The position numbers and the translations under genes were made by a program. This document shows positions 57,546-64,000 of a stretch of DNA of 64,000 bases, piece by piece (position 1 is the first letter of the stretch; every line of letters begins with the position of its first letter). Where the stretch lies: the NCBI GenBank assembly GCA_964631415.1, contig CAZVZC010000006.1, positions 12,319 to 76,318 on the forward strand, read 5' to 3'. The notes under the pieces were generated by a model. That model saw only the letters and a list, made by a program, of their open reading frames with translations. It searched no databases and had not been told where the DNA came from. This stretch comes from an uncultured archaeon (GTDB taxonomy: Archaea > Asgardarchaeota > Thorarchaeia > Thorarchaeales > Thorarchaeaceae).

Positions 57546-58583
57546 ATGGCAAAGGAGTCGAGTGAAGAAGGCAAGCATAAGCCTGATGGGGCAGCTGATG
57601 CAACTCCAAAGAGAAACGGCATCAAGATAAAATGGCGAGACTTCGTGGGCTCCACGACTTTTGTCGAGTCTCGTAACTTAGCTCGGTACTCAGGTGTCGA
57701 GCGTCTTTTTCTCAAGTTCGAAGGCAATAATCCAACGGGCACACAGAAGGACAGGATTGCTCTAGCTCTCGCATCAATGGCGAAGTCACAAGGAGCAACT
57801 GCGATTGCCACAGCTTCATGCGGCAACTTCGGCGCTGCGCTGGCTTGGGCTGCAAGGTTGTGCGAGTTACCCGCGCACATCTACATACCCTCTAGCTATC
57901 ATCTTCCCGAGGACAGAGTGAAGAGGACGACTGATGCGGGCGCGCAGATACACTATGAAGAAGGCCAATACGAGGATGTTGTTCTTCGGTCGACAGAGAT
58001 CTGCAAAGAGAAGGGGTACTTCAACGCCAACCCGGGTGTAGACGGAGTGAGAGAGGTATCTCTGGAAGCGTACGCAGAGATAGCCTATGAGATATACAGG
58101 GATATGAGAAGGGCCCCGGACTATGTCTTATGTCCCGTGGGGAACGGGACAACCTTGGCTGGCATCTACCATGGCTTCAAGAAACTCTTCGAAGCGCGGA
58201 AGATTGACGAAGTGCCGAGGATGGTTGCAACCAGCACGAGGCGTGGGAATCCCATTGTGAAATCCTTCCTTCTGAAGAGCAGGACCATGCTGGATCTGGA
58301 TCGCTCAGAGATAAAGGAAACCAAGTTCAACGAGCCGCTGACGAACTGGCACTCATTCGACGGCCAGGAAGCGCTAGATGCGTTGTATGCTTCACAAGGC
58401 TTTGCAGACTATGCCTCTGACACGAGAATGCAGGAGTTCTCCCGACTACTGCGGGAAGAAGAAGGGCTCAATGTGCTACCTGCATCGGCAAGCACACTGG
58501 CGGTCCTGCACGACCTCACGGACACCAGAGTCACAGTGAAGGGTACATTCGTAGCGATACTAACAGGCCGAGACTTCACATAG
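57546..58583 (+). CDS. PLP-dependent fold-type II enzyme (threonine synthase-like)
   Basis: LKFEGNNPTGTQKDR (PLP lysine), SCGNFG, PVGNGT. Probable ATG 57546. Confidence 0.85.
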   Translation: MAKESSEEGKHKPDGAADATPKRNGIKIKWRDFVGSTTFVESRNLARYSGVERLFLKFEGNNPTGTQKDRIALALASMAKSQGATAIATASCGNFGAALAWAARLCELPAHIYIPSSYHLPEDRVKRTTDAGAQIHYEEGQYEDVVLRSTEICKEKGYFNANPGVDGVREVSLEAYAEIAYEIYRDMRRAPDYVLCPVGNGTTLAGIYHGFKKLFEARKIDEVPRMVATSTRRGNPIVKSFLLKSRTMLDLDRSEIKETKFNEPLTNWHSFDGQEALDALYASQGFADYASDTRMQEFSRLLREEEGLNVLPASASTLAVLHDLTDTRVTVKGTFVAILTGRDFT

Positions 58584-59151
58584 CATCCGCGCCAGACGAC
58601 CCAGATCCCGTGTTCTTGCTGTTCAATCGGAGTTTCATTGTGAGGTTACCTGTTTCGTCGCTGTCGAAGAGAATGAATCCTAGCTTCTCATAGAATCTTC
58701 TCAGAGGGAGTCCTTTTTCATTCTTCTCCTCGGTATCAAGGACAATCGCCCTGTACTTTTTCACACGTGCCCATTCCATGGCGGCATTCATGATGAGACG
58801 ACCAATACCTCTACCCTGCTGCAGCACAGCAATTGTGTCAAAATAGAAGGTCCGTTCCCACTCAGTTTCAAGCCTGTAACCCAAGATAAAAGCGTGAGCT
58901 TCCTGACCAGAAGTGACAAAGAAGAACAACAGGTCAGGTTTCTCGATTCTTTCTAGGATCTCCTCGGCGGAATACCTCAGCTCCTCCCTGAATGCGGCCG
59001 CCTCAATCGTTTTGAACCACTTGTAGTAGAGTTCATCCATGGTGGACGGAAAGACCAGTTTCGCAGGCCGTCCAATCACCCTTGTAAGCTCGGTCTCTAG
59101 TGTCTGCCATATCTTTCCCACTTCACTAGAGTCCTGACCACGCTCGTTCAT
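58576..59151 (-). CDS. GNAT family N-acetyltransferase
   Basis: QQGRGIGRLIM and RRFYEKLGF. Confidence 0.85.
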   Translation of the reverse strand: MNERGQDSSEVGKIWQTLETELTRVIGRPAKLVFPSTMDELYYKWFKTIEAAAFREELRYSAEEILERIEKPDLLFFFVTSGQEAHAFILGYRLETEWERTFYFDTIAVLQQGRGIGRLIMNAAMEWARVKKYRAIVLDTEEKNEKGLPLRRFYEKLGFILFDSDETGNLTMKLRLNSKNTGSGSSGADAM

Positions 59152-59218
59152 GTCAACACACGTCCGGCCGGCAGTTTGGAGGATGTGACCTCAGCACTCT
59201 CCCTCCATACGCTGCGGA

Positions 59219-60226
59219 CTATAGCTTTAGTCCGTGGCGATAACAAGCAGACTCCAGCAGACGTCGCATCAATTCGTCATAGGAGTATCCCGCCTTCATC
59301 GCCATAAAGGGGAAGAACGAGAAGTCTCTGTGGTCCATGTCGAAGTCCATTCCCGGCAGGGGATTAATCTCCAAGAAGTATACCTCGCCCTTGTCGTTCA
59401 TGCGGTAGTCAATCCTTGCGAAATCTGGAGCATCCAGATAACGGCAGATATCAGTGGATGTGCGCTCGAGATGCTTCTTCAGATCAGAGGGAATCTTGGC
59501 TGGAATGATGTAGTTGTCTAGACCATCGTAGATGGTCTTGGCTCTCTGCCCAAAGACGTTCCCGACTTGTGGAGGTAACTTCGAGAAGTCGATCTCGAGA
59601 ATGGGAAGCACTTCGGACTCAATTCCGGGTCTTCCAAGCACTCCAACACTGAATTCTCGTCCCAGAATGAACTGCTCAATCAGTATTGGTTCCTTGTATT
59701 CCTCTAGCATCTTCTTCAGTTTGGACCGCAGATGTGCGACATCATGGACGACGTTGTCCTCATTGATGCCCATAGAAGAACCTTCCTCGTTGGGTTTCAG
59801 AATGACTGGATATTGGAAGACAATCTTGTTGGCCTCTTGGACGCTGCTGCAAACATGGAACTCACCGGTCTTCACATCGTGATATGCGAGGACCTTCTTA
59901 GTCCATGCCTTGTTCAGGCAGACTGCTGTTGACAATACCCCGGCGCCTACATATGGAATGCCGAGCATCTCGAGAATGGCTGGCACATGAGATTCACGGC
60001 TTTCACCTCGAAGACCCTCGGCCCTGTTGAACACCAAGTCCGGCTTGGAGCGCTTGAGGCTCTCGGCTACGTTCTCATCGGCCTCAATGAACACATATTC
60101 GTGTCCTGTGGCTTCTATCCCATGCTTGATCAGTTCGATTGTGTGAGGAGGATCATACTCGATCTCGAACTCACTGGTACCATGTCTTGTATTGAGGATC
60201 AGTGCTATCCGCAACGATTCCACCAA
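59219..60226 (-). CDS. D-Ala-D-Ala ligase-like ATP-grasp enzyme
   Basis: DLVFNRAEG, LGIPYVG, KPNEEGSSMGI, GREFSV, ARIDYR, LEINPLPG. Confidence 0.88.
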   Translation of the reverse strand: MVESLRIALILNTRHGTSEFEIEYDPPHTIELIKHGIEATGHEYVFIEADENVAESLKRSKPDLVFNRAEGLRGESRESHVPAILEMLGIPYVGAGVLSTAVCLNKAWTKKVLAYHDVKTGEFHVCSSVQEANKIVFQYPVILKPNEEGSSMGINEDNVVHDVAHLRSKLKKMLEEYKEPILIEQFILGREFSVGVLGRPGIESEVLPILEIDFSKLPPQVGNVFGQRAKTIYDGLDNYIIPAKIPSDLKKHLERTSTDICRYLDAPDFARIDYRMNDKGEVYFLEINPLPGMDFDMDHRDFSFFPFMAMKAGYSYDELMRRLLESACYRHGLKL

Positions 60227-60283
60227 CTCTCGAATCTGATGAGGACTTATAACTCTAGCAGCCCATAATGATGAATCCTTGGT

Positions 60284-61654
60284 CTAGAGCTCGAATGTCG
60301 ACAATTCCTCTTTGTAGATTGAGAGCACCTTGTCCCTGAGCTCCTTCGGTAACGAGATTGGATTGTATAGCGAACAGAAGGTCTTGAGCAGCTCATCTTC
60401 CCTGTCCTTTGCTTCTTGGTAGAACTCGCTCTCTTTGAACTCGTCAATGAGAGCACCTTGTGCGCCCTTCTTGGCGGCTGCATAGAAAGCGAACAGCTGT
60501 TCATCAATGCTGACGTCCGTGTTCGCATATGGCAAGTTGGACCTACCGCCGAAGAGGGTGAAGAATGGCTTGCTCTCAGCACGTAACATGTTCTGCTTCA
60601 GGCCGATGGCTTCTGGCTTGATACCAGAGGCAACGCATAGCAGGTACATCTTCGCACAGACAGCACAATTGTGGCACCACCAGTAGTCTTTGCCCTGTTC
60701 ATTCTCTGTGAAACAGCTCATCTGGTACTTGGCCATCTCGGGGTAGCGATGTGCAAGAGTACGCTGAATCATCATATCCATTAGAGGCTCTATGAGACTC
60801 CCGGTCCGCACTATTCGACCAGAGAAAGCCTGCGTTATCTGGTCGATATGTATGGTCCAGAGATGTGACTGGTCGTAGCAGGGATTCACTATCCACTTGC
60901 CGGGCGGGTCCACGTATATTGCCGCACAACTTTGCTCATTGCCGAAGAACATGTATTTCGCATTGTACTGGTAGGCAAAAGGTATCAGATCGAGAGCGTA
61001 CTCAGTTGTCTGCAGCGCCCACCCAATCTCCGACTTGGGCAAGCCAAGGTGTGCGTAGTCCCGTAGCCTCCCAGTATCATGCTTCAAGATATGCAGTTCC
61101 TTGCCAAACTCCTTCTTGAATCCAATGGCGAGTTGGGTCTTGTGTTTCTCCTCGTAGGTCATACTCTGTTCCACTGCATAGACTGCCTCAGGATCAAGCC
61201 CTATTTCTCTGGCAACAGCGAATGTCAGCAGGCTGTCCTTACCAAAACTCAGTCCGACCAGTGCTCTCCAAGGCGACTTCACAGGTTCCGGCGATGGATA
61301 GACCACTGTCTGGTCTTGAAATCTGTATTCAATGTTGAAGAACTTCCGGATCACCTCACCGGTGTCAGTCATATCGACCTCGGTACAGGAGGGAATGTCC
61401 TTGAGGAAGTTCAGCATGAAATACGGTTCCAGCAGAGGTCTGCCGGAGTCATATGATGCAGCCGAAGACTCAAACACCAAGGGCAAGTGCATTGTCGCAG
61501 CCATGGCGAGGTTGTCCTTGAAAGCCCGTCTGGTATCTGTCGGCATAGCCCTCCATGCCTCTTCAGGATATGTAATCGGATAGTCGTTGCCCTTGAAGTT
61601 CACACTGATGCCATTGTCCGTCATCTTGGTGCGAATGTTCAGTGTGCCGGTCAT
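60284..61654 (-). CDS. MurL-like PP-loop ATP-dependent epimerase / adenine nucleotide alpha-hydrolase
   Basis: PP-loop SFGKDS, GNEQS, MSC...WWCHNCAVCAK Zn site, resembling MurL (GGKDS, NERSA, SCN, WCxxCPKC). Start ATG 61654; the ORF track extends to 61738. Confidence 0.65.
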   Translation of the reverse strand: MTGTLNIRTKMTDNGISVNFKGNDYPITYPEEAWRAMPTDTRRAFKDNLAMAATMHLPLVFESSAASYDSGRPLLEPYFMLNFLKDIPSCTEVDMTDTGEVIRKFFNIEYRFQDQTVVYPSPEPVKSPWRALVGLSFGKDSLLTFAVAREIGLDPEAVYAVEQSMTYEEKHKTQLAIGFKKEFGKELHILKHDTGRLRDYAHLGLPKSEIGWALQTTEYALDLIPFAYQYNAKYMFFGNEQSCAAIYVDPPGKWIVNPCYDQSHLWTIHIDQITQAFSGRIVRTGSLIEPLMDMMIQRTLAHRYPEMAKYQMSCFTENEQGKDYWWCHNCAVCAKMYLLCVASGIKPEAIGLKQNMLRAESKPFFTLFGGRSNLPYANTDVSIDEQLFAFYAAAKKGAQGALIDEFKESEFYQEAKDREDELLKTFCSLYNPISLPKELRDKVLSIYKEELSTFEL

Positions 61655-61734
61655 TCTCATCATGCGAGGTAGGCGTTGCATTGAGAACCCTTTTCGTAAC
61701 ATTACACCAGGTTTAGAGGTCGGCTGCATTGAGT

Positions 61735-63999
61735 TCACCTTGCTGAAGTCAGATTCCTGATTAAGACGATGTCATCCACGTTGTCAGTCACGACGAAATA
61801 TGATTTCACTGAAGCTCTGCCATGAGGTTCAATGTCGCGCAGAGCAGAGAGTCTGACCCATTGGGCATTCTCATTCATGTTGTCAAGGCCGATGATGTCA
61901 TCTGTCTTACAGTCCGATATGACGCCCAACACGAGGCCGCTGTCTGGTTCCTTGAAAGCCGCCCATCCCTCTTGGGGAGTGGGTATGATCTCAGCTCTGT
62001 TCACAGTCGGCTCGTAAATCACACTCCTGTTATTAACCACTGTGTAGATGATGCTCTGCGGACGACCGTTCAGTCTTGGCACTCCTTGAAGCCCGAGTGT
62101 GAGTCGCTTCCACTGTCCGCTCTCATTGTTCCCCTCAATCTCTGAGCTAATCACGGGTGTGCCCTTCAAAATCATGTGCCGCAAAGTGAAGTCCATACCC
62201 CTCAGGCCGGAACAATGCGCGATTCGGGTCTTCATCTCATAGCCAACCCAGGGACCGTCCTCCCTCAAGGATACTGACCATCTCTCAAGCTGTAGACCCG
62301 TTTGCCAGTCCCATACACCCCATGCTTGGATGATGGGGTTCACACCTGTGAACTGCCGGTCTGCCCACATGAAGGGGTCTGCACGTGGAAAGGTGTCTTG
62401 AAACAAGCTAAGTCCCCCATCTGGTCCGAATCTCACCAGACTCGCCAGATACTCAGGAGAAACAGAGATTGTGAGGTGACCCGATTTTGCCTCATGAAGG
62501 GTCATACCATCTATCGTGGCCGCGTTAGTGGTAGTAGAAGTCTGTGAATCGTAGATGATTGCTGATAGGGGAACCCGTCGAACCCTGTTCTCGAATGTGA
62601 GCAGGACTTCACCACGCCTTCTCAGCCACTTGTCACCCTTCGCAACAGTGACTCTTGCTGGCGCCACAAACGGAGAGTCAATACTCAGTCTGTCTATCCT
62701 GAAGCTGAGCTTCCTCTTTCCGTTTGCCAGAAGACCCTGAGGCATTGTGATGCTGAGCTGAGCAGACACGGGATCCTCATGGAGGACTCGCACACGTATC
62801 TCCATGTCATTTGGTGTTGATCGGTCAACAAGCATCGGTGCCTCCGCCTTCATGGTGGAACTGAAGGACTGGGGAGCGATCTCAATCTCGAGGTCGGATC
62901 TCAGGCCATTGAGGTCAACGGCTGGTTCGGGTTTCCCATTGAGCCTTGCCCAGAGTGAGCGCACCTCCTTCCAATCGCCTTGGCTGATTACTACGCGAAG
63001 CACAACCTTCTCGATAGAATCACCTACGTCCAAATCCGGGAAACGGTATTCGACCCGAACTGGCCTTCGTCCTCTCATTGGGGAAACCTCGGCAAGATGC
63101 TCGCTGTCCCATATGTACCCGACTAGCATCCTACCATCAGCACCGTCCAAGGCGGCCCATGACTCGTGAAAGGACTTCGGGTCAAATGGCAGCTGTCTAT
63201 CCCCCGTCCATTCGACTGAGTCGAGGTTGTAGATGCTGCCCCGGATGGGAATATGCAGATTTGTACAACTGAGCTCCATCCAACCGCCAGTCTGAATTCC
63301 CAGATTCGTCAGCTTGCTCGAACCTCTGTTGGTCAGCCTAGTCGCAATCTCTAGATATCCTCTGCTTGGGTACGCTCTGTATCTGTGGCTAAGAATCAGG
63401 CCGGGCCTCTCTGTTGAGTCTGCGACTAGCTCAATCTCAGCGTAGGTGCCTTCATTTCTCAACATTACCTGGAACTTCTTTCGAGACCATTCGTTGCCAC
63501 CAGATGGGAACGGATAGCCGATAGTGGGCAACAAGAAGTCATAGCCCCCTCTGAAGTACTCGTGCGAGATCTTGTTCTCAAGAGAAACGAAACGCATCGG
63601 AGGTGTCTTGAGCAACACACCCCTGAATTCCTCGGTTTCAATGACGAAGTTGCCATCAATGGCCTCGTAAGCAAGCGCTCCTGACTCTCCAATCACAGCC
63701 ACGTTCAATGCTTTCTCGTTGACGAGTGTCGTTACAGACTTCTCATCTATGAAGACCGACACACGCACGGGGACTATGCTGTTGGCATCCTTTGAGCCCG
63801 TCGCGAGTTCGAAGTCAACCTGGGTTCTCTGCCCCGGAGAAAGCGTGAACGGAAACGTCTGAGATGCAGATCCCATCACCTCAGGAAGACCAATGACCAC
63901 CCTAGCATCGACGGACCTACTGAGATTGCTCTGTACAACGATTCCCATTCTCGAGGAAGTGCCCGGAGTGAGGCAGGGATAGGGCGGACTTGAGATGAG
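61735..63999 (-). CDS. Large hypothetical beta-rich protein (Ig-like and beta-sandwich domains); 5' end outside the window
   Basis: The frame stays open upstream of 63948 to the window edge. Confidence 0.7.
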   Translation of the reverse strand, partial: LISSPPYPCLTPGTSSRMGIVVQSNLSRSVDARVVIGLPEVMGSASQTFPFTLSPGQRTQVDFELATGSKDANSIVPVRVSVFIDEKSVTTLVNEKALNVAVIGESGALAYEAIDGNFVIETEEFRGVLLKTPPMRFVSLENKISHEYFRGGYDFLLPTIGYPFPSGGNEWSRKKFQVMLRNEGTYAEIELVADSTERPGLILSHRYRAYPSRGYLEIATRLTNRGSSKLTNLGIQTGGWMELSCTNLHIPIRGSIYNLDSVEWTGDRQLPFDPKSFHESWAALDGADGRMLVGYIWDSEHLAEVSPMRGRRPVRVEYRFPDLDVGDSIEKVVLRVVISQGDWKEVRSLWARLNGKPEPAVDLNGLRSDLEIEIAPQSFSSTMKAEAPMLVDRSTPNDMEIRVRVLHEDPVSAQLSITMPQGLLANGKRKLSFRIDRLSIDSPFVAPARVTVAKGDKWLRRRGEVLLTFENRVRRVPLSAIIYDSQTSTTTNAATIDGMTLHEAKSGHLTISVSPEYLASLVRFGPDGGLSLFQDTFPRADPFMWADRQFTGVNPIIQAWGVWDWQTGLQLERWSVSLREDGPWVGYEMKTRIAHCSGLRGMDFTLRHMILKGTPVISSEIEGNNESGQWKRLTLGLQGVPRLNGRPQSIIYTVVNNRSVIYEPTVNRAEIIPTPQEGWAAFKEPDSGLVLGVISDCKTDDIIGLDNMNENAQWVRLSALRDIEPHGRASVKSYFVVTDNVDDIVLIRNLTSAR

Positions 64000-64000
64000 C

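Noticed and set aside
1-64000. tRNA/rRNA genes, transposases, integrases, prophage genes
   Set aside because: None recognised by eye; tRNAscan-SE and Rfam scans would be needed to exclude them fully.

Overview
Gene-dense archaeal chromosomal segment, roughly 50-55% GC by eye. The gene content points to an Asgard archaeon, probably Thorarchaeia-like (inference): a Rab-like GTPase, a gelsolin-domain protein, an Alba-like protein, geranylgeranyl reductase, IOR and POR 2-oxoacid:ferredoxin oxidoreductases and a NosD-type beta-helix protein. Housekeeping and metabolic genes are iorAB, porGDAB, galT-galK-GH38, nadB and a NitT/TauT-type ABC transporter. No rRNA, tRNA, CRISPR array or mobile element was recognised. 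The most notable items are: (1) a ~16 kb co-oriented cluster (40967-57296) encoding an ABC-2 permease, two ABC ATPases, a site-1-protease-like subtilase whose catalytic Ser is replaced by Ala, a 2.26k-aa type I membrane protein (FG-GAP propeller, ~1,700 aa of Ca-binding DxDxDG repeats, cytoplasmic Ig-like domain) and a TPR protein; (2) an FG-GAP propeller + appendage-like Ig domain fused to a Rab GTPase, reminiscent of BBSome/coat architecture; (3) four translationally coupled, divergent wHTH/TrmB-like paralogues; (4) a MurL-like epimerase / Ddl-like ligase / GNAT / PLP-enzyme cluster; (5) a gelsolin + polyproline protein; (6) a degenerate Hef-like helicase, two unannotated small ORFs and a candidate structured RNA. 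All family assignments come from reading motifs by eye; no searches were run.
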